47,428 nucleotides of DNA from Octopus bimaculoides (Eukaryota): contig NC_068981.1 in assembly GCF_001194135.2 (NCBI RefSeq), positions 171,482,489 through 171,529,916 on the forward strand, given 5' to 3'. The translations under genes were made by a program, and so were the position numbers. The first letter of the stretch is position 1, and each line of letters starts with the position of its first letter. This document shows, piece by piece, positions 35,046-47,428 of this stretch. The notes below the pieces were generated by a model. That model made no database searches. It was not told the origin of the DNA and saw only the letters and a list, made by a program, of their open reading frames with translations.

Positions 35046-37057
35046 ATATATAATATATATATATATATATATTACGCACACACACACACATACATAAATG
35101 TATGTATGTATGTATAGATGAACACATACAAACACAAACACACACACACACGCACCCGTACATGAGAACGGCACCACAAACTTCAAGGGACAGAACAGAA
35201 GATAAAAGCAAAGCGACAACTTCATTTTGGTTCTTTATGGAATCCGGGTACTTTAAAGACGAGGTGAACAACCAATGTGCCTTAACAATACATAGCTGAA
35301 TTTTATGGACTTTACACCAACAGATAGGAACGATTAACTCGACACCGGTGACTATTTGAAAAGAAATTGTTAGGGGACGTAACTTTATACCGCAAGGTAT
35401 TTTGATCGACATATCCCTAAGCCTATAATCCGCCACTATCACAATAAACGTCTTTTCACTGTTAAGTAAATATTCATATGACAGTATTTTCTACAATTGA
35501 TTAAACTGTTTAGTATCTGAATGTTCAAAGTAATCTGTATGATAATACATCACAAAGTGGTAAAATGAGCTTCTCCATTTAACTACATTCCATATTTCTT
35601 CGTATGACATCATGTGTTGTATAACAAGTGACATTCTACAAATCGTTCTTAATATTTCTATAGCCCTTGCCTAAGAAAGAAGGTTTAATATAACAACTCA
35701 CTTTTCTGCAAGTCAATCGTTGCATTAATATTTTAAACGAATTTTAGCCTGCCTATAACGATCGTTTGAGTAAATAATACTGGAAGATTACCTAATAAAA
35801 ATACATAAATTTATCATCTAAGGGAGGTAATAAAGCAATAATGTTATGAAGAGTTAATTCCCTTCTTATTTTTTTTTTTTTCAGTAGCAGATAATTTATT
35901 TGATAAATTATGCTTCATATGTAAAATACTACTGTAGCTTCAATGATGTTATATAACACATAATAATTTCCATACGCATTTGAATTTACTTATCACGAAA
36001 TGTACAGGTATAAAATGAATACATGAAATAGATAGAATTAAGAGGACACTGCAACTTTCTTTAATATGAATACAAAATATATGTGAGGGCTTGAAGAATT
36101 CTATAAGCTTTCATATGATCATATGAACGCCATACATAGGCACAGGCCTCGCGTTGTCTAAAATATTCGTTGTACAGTAACAAGTGGATCAACAACAAAT
36201 TTAGTTTTATTTAATCATTTCTAGTCATTATCAAAAGCTTTAGTGTGTGATTACGTCTAAGCAGATACATACATACATACATACATATACACACATATAC
36301 ATACATACATACATACATACATACATACATACATACACGCATGCATGCAGACATACATACACATACGCACACGCACACATACATACATTTGTGTGAGTGA
36401 GATTGTGNNNNNNNNNNACATTTGTGTGAGTGAGATTGTGTTTGTGTATGTATGTATGCATGTATGTATGTTATGTGTGTATCTATGCATGCATGTATGT
36501 ATGTACGTATGTATGTATGTATGTATGTATGTATGTATGTATGCTTGCATTCAAGCATGGATGGATGGATTGATAGTTTTGGATCTATGGGTCAATGGAT
36601 AGATCGAAGAATGGATAAATGTTCGTATATGGTTCAGATACTTACTTCAGAAGCAAGTTTTCTCATGCTCTCCCCCAATGGACGGTGACCTAGGCAACTG
36701 ATTTTGTCGATCAAGTTGATTTTGCGAGTGAAATGGGGGAGACGAAATCGATACAGAAACTCGTTAGACCGAATGTAGCTGCTCTTGAGTAGTGTACTTA
36801 ATCCGTTGTCCGGTTTAACATCAGAACTTGTCGGTTGGGAGCACTTAATGGAGCTGTACTTTGCAAACATTTGGATGATGTTAGTTTAAGAATAACCCAT
36901 ACTTTTCTCCACCACAATCAGTCTCGAAGTAATGCGTTTGTTTGTGAGTTTGTAAGGAACAGTGCCCATGATAATAATTTTCAGGGATTCTTAGACGAGT
37001 AAGGGAGGGAAATGAAAGTATACTAAAACAGGAGGGTTTAGTATACATTTTTGCAAT

Positions 37058-37195
37058 TAAAATTCAAGTAGTGGTGTTAAATTGGCCAGCGGATTAGGTC
37101 TACCAAAACTATGTAGGCTGCAATGGCATTTCAACTTAGAACAAATACCGCAAGGCATCCTATTTGTTACTTTGATTCTGCGCAGAAACTACATG
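37058..37195 (-). mobile_element. SINE-head-related repeat; inverted partner of 33228-33362
   Basis: See the partner entry. Confidence 0.65.
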
Positions 37196-38057
37196 AGCTG
37201 CTCAGAGATTTTTGCAAGCTCTTCTTTCCAATGTTGGAAACTCTTCCATATCATCAACAAATATATCAGAGCGCACGGTTTCGCCCTTTGGTCTATACAC
37301 CTCGTTTCAGTGGGGTGGGGCGACGATTTAATTCGTTTTCACTGCAGAATGGTTCCGCTTCCGATCTCTTATCAACAAGTCACTTTGAACCGGTTTCAGC
37401 TGCTATACTTGAGATTTTAGTCGTGATTAAGAGACTCGAATTTATTCCACTCTATAGTGTGCTGAATAGCTAGCAGAAGCATTAGTGGTTTATATCCTTT
37501 CGCTGATACTGCTCTGAGTTTATGTCTGTGGCGGGAATATTCAGCAATCACCCGTGGTCAACAAAATCTGAGAAATGACGACTCAGCGTCGAATAGGCTC
37601 CAGCATCGATCCCGTCTTTTGGTGCGCTTCCTTCTGGAGGCTATCAAACAGTATAAATTCAACACATTGTGACTACTAAACAGAGAGCTTCGGGATGCAG
37701 CAGAGAGAGCATTGAAAGACACTGTAGTAGTTGACCAACAGAGACGGTGGTCAGCAGCTGACAACACAAAGGCAATGAACAGTCGATGGACAAATGACAT
37801 TAGAAGTCAGTAGCCGGCAAACAACAAACAACACTGTTGCTACAACTACAATAAAAACAAAAACTCTTTCTGTGTTACCTCATTCTTAGTAACGGCAACA
37901 TTCGTCTTTTGTGTACGAAAATAATACAATTTCGTTGAAGAAAAATCTCAACAGACTTCAGTGTTCTTTGTACATGTCCAAGACATATGAGTCTCAGGAT
38001 CCTAGTCCTTTTATTTGTAAAGAGATAAAGCAAGAAGAGAACGGTCTTTCGCCGCTA

Positions 38058-38283
38058 CCAGTGGCACCACAATAAGTTCCTGGCTTTAAGGGTGTCGCGA
38101 AAAGCCTGGTTGGCAGCTCAACCTTCCGAGTTCTTTTACGGGGCTTAAAAAAAACTGAAGGACTACTGCAACATGTGCATGAATCTGTGAGGGGAAATAT
38201 GTTGAATAAAATCATAATTAACTGATCCTCCTGTATTTTCTTTTAGCCAAAACCAGGAACTTTTCAACCCGCCCCCCACATCG
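38058..38283 (-). mobile_element. Mariner-derived MITE, copy 3 (inverted relative to copies 1 and 2)
   Basis: AAGTTCCTGGCTTTAAG..GGGGAAATATGTTGAATAAAATCATAATTAACTGATCCTCCTGTATTTTCTTTT..CCAGGAACTTTTCA..CG-TA. Confidence 0.75.
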
Positions 38284-38696
38284 TATATTTTGAATCATTC
38301 TACTGTCGTTCTCTGGTTTGTAAATCCTATTTATTTCCATCAGCGCTTTCTGTCCTACTTTCCAGCGTGATTACAAACTAACGAATATGTGCATACCTCG
38401 GTCACGCATTGGTTTTCTGTTCTTTTCCATCTCTTCATTTATTTTCCTTCTCTCTTTCTCTCATGATTGACAAACAGATCGTAGAAAGAGGATATTCATA
38501 GAACTTTCTTTTATTTCCGCATGAAATTAATATATATAAACTTTAAATTTCCGTTCATCGATTTTTGTGTTGATTTAAAAATCTTCCCTTGGGTTATATG
38601 AGTATGCAAATGTGAGCTGTGTGTGTGTGTGTGTGTATCTATGGGTATTTCTATACTCTGCGTCTACGTCACTGCATGTAATCATGTTAACACCGC

Positions 38697-38729
<33 letters not shown>

Positions 38730-39120
38730 TGTATAGAAATGTCACGCTTTCGAATAGCAATAGGGAGACAAATTTAGAATGATAGAGAGAGAAAGAACAA
38801 AGCAAAGGGTATATAAAGATGGTATATTTGAAGAGTGAGTGTGTTGATAATGTAACGTGTGGTAGAAACACAGAGAGGATTAGAATCAAAGCAACTTTTC
38901 TTTGTCGTAGAATAAGATTCAGAAAATAAGTGTTTCATTTGAATGTCATATTGGTGTCAGAACGATGTCCAGTTGTCTCAATATATTTTCCTCTCTTTGT
39001 CTGGTAATTATTCTGTGCATATTTGTCTGTATTTGAGGCTGAAAATGGCATCAGTTCGATTTTACAAGTGTGCAGGGGTTTCCATACGTGCGAAAGTTAG
39101 AAAAAAAATCATTTTAATAA

Positions 39121-39187
<67 letters not shown>

Positions 39188-40440
39188 NNNNNNNNNNNNN
39201 NNNNNNNNNNNNNNNNNNNNNNNNNNNNNNNNNNNNNNNNNNNNNNNNNNNNNNNNNNNNNNNNNNNNNNNNNNNNNNNNNNNNNNNNNNNNNNNNNNNN
39301 NNNNNNNNNNNNNNNNNNNNNNNNNNNNNNNNNNNNNNNNNNNNNNNNNNNNNNNNNNNNNNNNNNNNNNNNNNNNNNNNNNNNNNNNNNNNNNNNNNNN
39401 NNNNNNNNNNNNNNNNNNNNNNNNNNNNNNNNNNNNNNNNNNNNNNNNNNNNNNNNNNNNNNNNNNNNNNNNNNNNNNNNNNNNNNNNNNNNNNNNNNNN
39501 NNNNNNNNNNNNNNNNNNNNNNNNNNNNNNNNNNNNNNNNNNNNNNNNNNNNNNNNNNNNNNNNNNNNNNNNNNNNNNNNNNNNNNNNNNNNNNNNNNNN
39601 NNNNNNNNNNNNNNNNNNNNNNNNNNNNNNNNNNNNNNNNNNNNNNNNNNNNNNNNNNNNNNNNNNNNNNNNNNNNNNNNNNNNNNNNNNNNNNNNNNNN
39701 NNNNNNNNNNNNNNNNNNNNNNNNNNNNNNNNNNNNNNNNNNNNNNNNNNNNNNNNNNNNNNNNNNNNNNNNNNNNNNNNNNNNNNNNNNNNNNNNNNNN
39801 NNNNNNNNNNNNNNNNNNNNNNNNNNNNNNNNNNNNNNNNNNNNNNNNNNNNNNNNNNNNNNNNNNNNNNNNNNNNNNNNNNNNNNNNNCTGATATTACA
39901 AAGTCTTCCTTCTTCCAATAACTCAAGTCTTCAATCACTCAAACAAAATGATGAATAAATAATGCAGAGTAATGTCAGTGTGTAAGTTAATTTTTTGGTA
40001 TAAACAACCCACAGAATTTCTGTTTAAAAATGGAAGTTTTTAACTATATTCGCTGGCAATATTTCAGAATACTAGATTCCTGTAGTTTTGTTTCAACATA
40101 TATAAGAATTTTTATAAGACGTACACACATGTCTTGTTATGCATTAATATACGTTCAGCCAAGAAAACAAATAAATAAATAAATAAATAACACTTTTAAG
40201 TTTCAGTTAAACAAAAGGTTATCAAGGTTATAAATGTTCCTATTCAATGATATTCCAAAACGTTCGAATCTGGCACTTTTCGCTGAGGCTTTACTGCCTG
40301 AATAGTTGTACAGGATACGCTGAAAGTCACGCACAAAACAATTTAAATATCTTCCGATATTGTCAAAAAGACAAGCTTCATTTATTCTAAAATTGAATAA
40401 AATAGATAAAATGATGAATACACACGTTCTTGTACTACAA

Positions 40441-40476
40441 GAAGAAGAAGAAGAAGAAGAAGAAGAAGAAGAAGAA
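40441..40476. repeat. (GAA)n microsatellite
   Basis: 12 units read directly. Confidence 0.95.
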
Positions 40477-40575
40477 TTCTTTCTACTATAGGCACAAGGC
40501 CTGGATTTTGTGGAGTAGAGGACAGTCGATCACATGGACTCCAGTACTCAACTGGTACTTAATCTATTGACCCAA
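40477..40575 (-). mobile_element. SINE family A, 3' fragment
   Basis: TTTCTACTATAGGCACAAGGCCTGGATTTT..CCAGTACTCAACTGGTACTTAAT. Confidence 0.7.
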
Positions 40576-41363
40576 AATGTCAAATGTTTTGGTGCGTGAC
40601 CTTTAGCCCACCCCATATAACAACAGATTGATCAGTTGACTAATTGGTATAAAGCACTCTACTATACAAACACGGTCTTGATTTTTAAAAATTGGGCTAA
40701 TTCAGTGCAAATATACGCAAGAACAGTATCGAATTACCAACAATAACATTCAGTTAATGTGATTTGCATAAAGTAAACATTACTGAAGTCATTTAGACGT
40801 TGGTTATTTCGCAGGTGCTAATATGATACATGTCCTGGGTATGACTTTAAACTGCATCCTATACTGGTGTCCTGGTTATTTCCAGAGTTTTATTAGTGTG
40901 GAACCATCTCTTAGCCACTATTCTCCACTGGTCTACTCTGAGTCAGTATAGTTGCACCAGTTAGGGTCCGATCTATGGGTTAATTAGCATGTCACGAAAT
41001 TGTCTCCAGCAGAAGGTGACTCACAGGTACACCAGTGAACCTAGGGCAGCTGAGGCCTTTCAGCTCTTAGTTGCTCGTCTAAGAGAAATTGACTTCATAC
41101 AAATCCTGCATCTTGATAAGTACTGGACTCGTGGTACTTATTTGCACCAGACCAATACAAATTTGAAGGACGAAAGAGTGAGACTGGTTCGTCACAAACC
41201 ATTCCTACTGTAACCATATTCGTTGTGCAGATTGTTCAGCACAAGCACCAACACCATCACACTTTCTATTGTGCAGTTGTGTTTTGATGAATCCTCGTTC
41301 AAGGAAGCGACGAGAGGATCCACTACCTCCGACATAGTCTAATTTTATCATATACTTACGGTA

Positions 41364-41568
41364 TTTTACTCTTTTACTTGTTTCAGTCATTTGTCTGCGG
41401 CCATGCTGGATCACCGCCTTTAGTCGAGCAAATCGACCCCAGTACTTATTCTTTGCAAGCCTAGTACTTATTCTATCGATCTCTTTTGCCGAACCGCTAA
41501 GTTACGGGGACGTTAATACACCAGCATCGGTTGTCAAGCGATGTTGGGGGACAAACACAGACACACAA

Positions 41569-41629
<61 letters not shown>

Positions 41630-41805
41630 AATACATATATACGACGGGCTTCTTCCAGTTTCCGTCTACCAAATCCACTCACAAGGCTTTGGTCGGCCCG
41701 AGGCTATAGTAGAAGACACTTGCCCAAAGTGCCACGCAGTGGGACTGAACCCGGAGCCATGTGGTTGGTAAGCAAGCTACTTACCACACAGCCACTCCTA
41801 CGCCT
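41364..41805 (-). mobile_element. SINE family B, near full length (tRNA-like head, internal (CA)n(TA)n, GAGTAAAA tail)
   Basis: Minus-strand head AGGCGTAGGAGTGGCTGTGTGGTAAG (A box-like)..GGTTCAGTCCC (B box-like), and tail GACTGAAACAAGTAAAAGAGTAAAA. Confidence 0.92.
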
Positions 41806-41845
41806 ACGTATGTATAATATTATAGTCCAGTATAATGAAAATATT

Positions 41846-42054
41846 GGTTTCAGATTTTGACACATGGCCAGCAAGTTCGCGGATGGGGAGTAAGTTGATT
41901 CTATCGCCCCCAGTGCTCAGCTAGTACTTATTTTGTCGACCCCGAAAGGATGATGGTCAAAGTCGACCTCGGCGGAATTCGAACTCAGTAAAGACAGACG
42001 AAATGCCGTTAAGCATTCAGCCAAGCGTGCTAATGATTCTGCTAGCTCGCGACC
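41846..42054 (-). mobile_element. SINE family A
   Basis: GACCCCGAAAGGATGA..AAAGTCGACCTCGGCGGAATTCGAACTCAG..GTGCTAATGATTCTGCTAGCTCGC. Confidence 0.88.
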
Positions 42055-42134
42055 ATTAATATATTGAAAATATAGGTACAGGTCGTGCAGTTCCTCCAGC
42101 CTCATAGCAACGGGCCACTATGTTCTTCCATCTT

Positions 42135-42292
42135 TGTCTTTCACAAGGATAAGAGCTTGAAACCAATTGGTGTCACAGCTACGTATAGTTCAATTTTCCA
42201 TTTCCTGTCCACCTCATTTCAACCAACCTCAGCATGTCCAAATTGTCTCATTTCTTTGATTATAAAGTGTGGACATCCCAAGGGGCGATGTT
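42135..42292 (-). pseudogene. RTE-type LINE endonuclease (APE) N-terminal fragment
   Basis: Frameshifted NIAPWDVHTL..KEMRQF / LDMLRLVEMRWTGNGKL matches the motif IGTWNVRTL..KEM....LDILGLSEVRWTGxGKL. Confidence 0.6.
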
Positions 42293-42584
42293 TGTGCTTT
42301 GTTCATTTGGTAGAGGTACGTTGCATATATCTTCTTTAATAGTAAGCTCTACTTTGCATTACAAGAATACAGGATAATAGGGTTCAGATTGTTGTACTTG
42401 TTTTGTAGTGATGCTTCTAAGGACCACAACTTTCCTATACGCCGACATATAGTGTATTCTAAATGACCTTAAAGCAATTTAGATATCTTGAATTTGAATT
42501 TACATTATAAAACCTACAAATTTAAACTGTTCAGAAATTTAATTTCGAAATTATGGTTATTGTTATGGTTACTATTCTTGTGTT

Positions 42585-42790
42585 TTAGCCTTGGATCAAA
42601 ATAGATTGAGAAGACATCATCAAAAGCATCCCATCTGTAACCATTAAGCCTTTCACTCAATACACTGCATCTAAAATTATGTTAGCAAATGTATGAATCT
42701 TTTTATAACGAGAATGTGATTCTAAAGAGCTTTGACTGCTATTTCTAGCATTCAGACAAAAGCGTAAAGGGTTTTTCGTTTGTTCGTCTG
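42585..42790. mobile_element. Old interspersed repeat family D, diverged copy
   Basis: GTGTTTTAGCCTTGGATCA..ATCAAAAGCATCCCATCTGTAACCAT..AGAGCTTTGACTGCTATTTCTAGCA. Confidence 0.45.
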
Positions 42791-43315
42791 ATTTTATTCT
42801 ATGTCGAAGAATAAAAGAAAATCTATAACTGGACTATACTAACCTTAATATCAGCCGTAACCTCTACTGAACTGAACTTTTACAAAAGTCACATGACCTT
42901 TCATAAAAGAAATCTTAATATGTTTCAAAAATTCGATATATCAGAACGTTCAAGTCTTAAAGTAACGCTTATGATCAATCACTCGAAGTTAAATAATGAC
43001 AAAATAAAAATATAGAAATACAATAAAAAAGCAATCTAAATCTTCTTCGTGTATTTGTATTTGTACTGTAAACGACACTTTGAAGATAAAACGGGACAAT
43101 AGTATAGTTTTAACTTCGATTCGATCTCTATTGAAAGTAAAATAGAAAAAGGAAGTTGAAATAGGGGAAAAATTATGAAAAAATCATGAAGAATAAAGTC
43201 AGAGAAAAACAATTAAAAGAAGACAAAGATGGAAGGTGATGAAGGTTGGTAGCTTAGTTGCACAAAAGTGTGATTGTATTTTACTTTGAATCTTTTTCGC
43301 ATAGGCTAAATACAT

Positions 43316-43335
43316 ACAGACAGATAGATAGATAA

Positions 43336-43394
<59 letters not shown>
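43316..43394. repeat. (TAGA)n microsatellite
   Basis: Direct reading. Confidence 0.95.
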
Positions 43395-43395
<1 letters not shown>

Positions 43396-43989
43396 GTTAT
43401 CTAACTAACACATACAAATATATACATGCAAACTTACATGCACGCATAGATGCATGCATATGCACATACATATGCACCCGAATAACCCGTTTCATTCACA
43501 TATCTTGTGTCCTGAATAAAACTTCATTTTAACATGACTACACGCACGCACGCATGCACATGCACACACACACACACACACACACACAAACACCACACAC
43601 AAATACATACATATGTGCACACACTCACACGCATACACACACGACAGTGTAGAAACAAACGAAAATAACACGTTTTCGAGATCAAATGAGTGTTGACAAT
43701 GTGTCATTCAGAACTATTGGAACAGCCTTGTGTGTGTGTGTGTGTGTAAAACTGAACCTACAAGCAACCCATGTACTCCATTGGTTGTAAAAACAAATTC
43801 CACTCTCTGGCCTGTTTCATCAGGAGACTCCGGGAGCATCAAAATGACTTCTACGGCATCGCACGGAGTTTTCTTGACCAGGCTCCTTCTTACTCACCAG
43901 GAGCTCTGTAATTGCCAACTCGACCTGTGTGTGAAACTGCAAGCCTGCAGTATCCAGGGTAACCGATCCATCATACCGTTGCTACCCGA

Positions 43990-44348
43990 CGTTGAGGGTT
44001 CCAGTTGATCCGATCAACGGAACAGCCTGCTCGTGAAATTAACGTGCAAGTGACTGAGCACTCCACAGACACGTGTACCCTTAACGTAGTTCTCGGGGAT
44101 ATTCAGCGTGACACAGTGTGACAAGGCTGACCCTTTGAATTACAGGCACAACAGAAACAGGAAGTAAGGGTGAGAGAAAGTTGTGGTGGAAGAGTACAGC
44201 AGGGTTCGCCACCATACCCTGCTGGAGCCTCGTGGAGCTTTAGGTGCTTTCGCTCAATAAACACTCACAACGCCCGGTCTGGGAATCGAAACTGCGATCC
44301 TATGACCGCGAGTCCGCTGCCCTAACCACTGGGCCATTGCGCCTCCAC
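43990..44348 (-). mobile_element. SINE family C (tRNA-derived), young copy with 9-bp TSD
   Basis: Head TGGAGGCGCAATGGCCCAGTGG (A box)..GTTTCGATTCCC (B box). Flanking direct repeat GCTACCCGA at 43981-43989 and 44349-44357. Confidence 0.92.
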
Positions 44349-45235
44349 GCTACCCGAAGTAGACTTCGTTAATGTACTTCAAGCCATTAGCTGCTGATGG
44401 GCAGAACATAACACATAAAGAAATGAAAAACAATTAAAATATTTTTAATAGGAAACAGAAAACGGAGGTGAACACAAGCTTCATAAGAAGCTTAACAGTG
44501 GTCGGCTGATTTATAATACTGCAGAAAATACTAAATCCGGGACAGGCTAATGATGAAACTTCTACACAAAAATTTGACCGGTAGGAAATAGTAGCTAAAT
44601 TTCCTTAATCTCACATGGAATAGTTTTAGAAAATGAAGGGCATGATGGACATTGTATCCTATGATATACAAAGAGATGAGATAGTCACGACTGGAAAATC
44701 TTTGGCCGTATTTCTGCTGGATTGGGACTGACTTAGTTCTATACTGTACAAGAACAACAGAAATCATATTGTAAGATTTCGCACTAAAATACATTCGATG
44801 TTATCATCAATAACCCGTCTAACAAGGGAAGAAGCTCCACTTAACTCGACCTGCTAGAAATAACTGCCAAATTTTTCTCAAAGGACCACTTCATGCCTTG
44901 AATAAAGTACACATTAGAAAATGTTGTTCTAGACATCCCTATGAAGCCGGGATCGTCATGTCTGGATCATAAGTCTGCCGAACAGTATAACAGCGTCAGC
45001 ATTAATTTTCTGCTATGCAACCAAATACTAAGAAAATAATAAAGGACACTCCTGCCGTGCCAATCCTGTCCTTTTACTTCGGACATTATACCTCTAGAAT
45101 CACGTTATCTAATGCGTTTCTCTCTGTTCCAAGACGATAGAGTATGATATAGGAAAGACTTGGCTGCTGTTGTTAACAGATCAGTCGACCACAGAGAAAA
45201 CTTTCTCATTGGTTCACCATTTTTTCTCGTTGGAG

Positions 45236-45623
45236 TGGAGGCGCAATGGCCCAGTGGTTAGGGCAGCGGACTCGCGATCATAGGATCGCGGTTTCGATTC
45301 CCAGACCGGGCGTTGTGAGTGTTTATCGAACGAAAACGCCTAAAGCTCCACGAGGCTCCGGCAGGGGATGGTGGTGAACCCTGCTGTACTCTTTCACCAC
45401 AACTTTCTCTCACTCTTACTTCCTCTTTCTGTTGTGCCTGTAATTCAAAGCGTCAGCCTTGTCACACTGTGTCACGCTGAATATCCCCGAGAACTACGTT
45501 AAGGGTACACGTGTCTGTGGAGTGATCAGCCACTTGCACGTTAATTTCACCAGCAGGCTGTTCCGTTGATCGGATCAACTGGAACCCTCGATGTCGTAAG
45601 CGACGGAGCGGCAACAACAACAA
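45236..45623 (+). mobile_element. SINE family C, full length with (CAA)n tail
   Basis: About 95% identical (roughly 18 differences in ~358 nt by eye) to the reverse complement of 43990-44348. It ends GCGACGGAGCGGCAACAACAACAA, an RTE-like tail. Confidence 0.93.
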
Positions 45624-47062
45624 ATTTACTAGTTGGTGTTGCTATTGTTTATCCCCAGGTCAGCCTTATTTGTGGGGCCCATGATCTAAATTACTTTATT
45701 CGTGAAAATCCAGTCATTTCAGACATTGAGTGTATAACAGTTTTTTGTTTGTTTGTTTTTTTTGTTTTTTACACTCGTCTGTCTCGAGGGACAATGGAAC
45801 TTTGCACCACAAATCAGTCAGGATTTGGGCTGCATTCTAACGCACTGAAGTAACCACTCGCAGAAAAATAGCCTGGACCGAGTGTATGGAGATCGCGAGT
45901 TGCCCAAAAACCAAAAACTTTCTCTTAACCTCGCTGACGCGGATCAATCAAATGTGTGCAAGAGGCAGCAGAAACCGGTGTTCATACCAAGCTGGATCAT
46001 CATTCCCTGAAATTTTAAGGTCGCAACCAATTATTTAAGTCTCGGATAAATTGGCCAGTTTTGCCTTCCTTTCTTTTGTTTAAAGGCAGTAGAATATGAT
46101 TTGAGAGAGATTTGGTTGTTATTTCAAAGAGGTCAAGCCACCTCATAGTGGCTTCTCTCCTCGCTGTCTCTGCTGTATTACCATATTACCAGCTACAGGA
46201 GGTGACAGGGAGGAAGATAACAAGCTATGTCAAAATAGATATTAATACAGTCCAAAATCTTTAAGCTACCAGCTATTCCAGTAATTGGTCGCAATCAGTT
46301 AGACTTGCTCATTATCTTCGACACACTTCTGTCTGTCTGCAGACAGTTTCATAAGCAATTCTTAATAACATGTTCGTGTCTCTAGACATAACGGAACTTC
46401 CTTCATTTTGGTTTTTTTTCTTTTCTTTTTTCTCTCCGCTCTTTATTGGTTCATTTTATTTATTTATTTGGTATTTTTTGTTTGTGTCTGCTTGTAGGTT
46501 TTTTCCTTGGCCCTTTGATTTATTTCCTCAATTCGCTTTTCTTTTCCATTACTTTTCTGCTTTAAACTTTTCTATTTCCCACTTTTTTTATTTTTATTTT
46601 CTCTATACTTTCTCCTTTTCTTTTAACATTTCCTATCTTCATGTATACTATATATATATCTTTTTTTCTTATTAATTTTCTTTTTTTGTCATTTTCTCTT
46701 GTTTCCTTCTTTCATCGGGGACTTCAAATGACTAAGTTCGTGGCCATCTTATCTGTAGAAATTGTTGTTGTCGTGGTTCTTGTTGCCTCCTAATCGACCA
46801 TACTGATAATCAAAAGCATAGATTTTTTTACAGAAGTGTTGTTGAAAGAACAGCAGAATAAATGTACAAGATTGTACATTTATTGGTTGGTGTAAGAAAA
46901 TATAATTGTTAGAGAATAGATAATTCAGTAACACTATAAACATAAAAAAAAACAACAATAGTTAAGCTAATGCAGGTAGTATTAAAAGAAACTGACGAAA
47001 ATTAAATATTCAATGAGGGGGAAAAACTATATTAGTCATTTTATTATATATGCATAGTTCAA

Positions 47063-47296
47063 GACGGCGAGCTGGCAGGATCATGAGCACATGGTCAAAA
47101 CGACTACCGGTATTTCCTTCAGGTTTTTTACGTTCTGAGTTAAAATCTCTCCGAGCATATGAACTCTGAGGATTTGGACTTTGCCTTTCATTGTGAAGGG
47201 ATCAGCTAAAATAAAATATCATAGCAGCCGGGTCCTGATTTTGAAGTTATCGACTAACCATTTTCTCCGAATTCCAGGTGTTGTCATTTATTAGAA
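47063..47296 (+). mobile_element. SINE family A, diverged
   Basis: GACGGCGAGCTGGCAGGATC..TTACGTTCTGAGTTAAAAT..GGACTTTGCCTTTCAT. Confidence 0.7.
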
Positions 47297-47428
47297 GCAT
47301 TTGGGATTTTTTTTTTTTTACCTCTTTTACCATTTTTATTTATATTTTAACCACAAAGCTAATAATTGCAAAATTGTTTTACAAAATTTAGATCAAAAAT
47401 TTGTTGCAACAAAAGCAGCGAATTTCAA

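Noticed and set aside
36385-36440. 23-bp direct repeat ACATTTGTGTGAGTGAGATTGTG
   Set aside because: The two copies flank a 10-N gap, which is the signature of overlapping contig ends (assembly artefact).
36646-36870. Minus-strand open frame ending at a perfect GAA|GTAAGT donor
   Set aside because: No recognisable protein, acceptor or downstream exon; RNA-seq would be needed.
37547-37813. 88-codon plus-strand frame with one internal TGA (..RSRLLVRFLLEAIKQYKF..)
   Set aside because: No start codon and no homology recognised; frames of this length with one stop are expected by chance in 47 kb.
40815-41330. Unique, moderately GC-rich stretch with several 45-75 aa open frames
   Set aside because: None resembles a family I recognise, and the splice signals do not give a coherent exon.
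45236-45310. Possible tRNA gene
   Set aside because: It is the tRNA-derived head of a SINE that continues for ~300 bp of repeat body.

Overview
AT-rich, gap-riddled eukaryotic genomic DNA, almost certainly from a coleoid cephalopod and most likely Octopus; the organism is inferred from the repeat landscape (several tRNA-derived SINE families, dense CA/TA/CT/TAGA microsatellites). I could not support any host protein-coding gene, rRNA, intact tRNA or CRISPR array. Most long ORFs in the track are artefacts of N gaps and microsatellites, so the window reads as intronic or intergenic. It does contain: many SINE copies (at least four families), three mariner-derived MITEs, decayed RTE-type LINE fragments (endonuclease and RT) and a DNA-transposase fragment. 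Two loci stand out. (1) At 899-1035 on the minus strand is a structurally complete type I hammerhead ribozyme fold with a compensatory U3-A8 core pair, sitting at the tip of a long RNA rod next to an assembly gap (retrozyme/Penelope-like candidate). (2) At 15147-17031 is an ORF1-only (CCHC zinc-knuckle) L1/Tx1-like retroelement with a perfect 15-bp target-site duplication, nested inside a non-autonomous Helentron-type element. Several long inverted repeats and inverted SINE pairs could form dsRNA (possible A-to-I editing substrates if transcribed).
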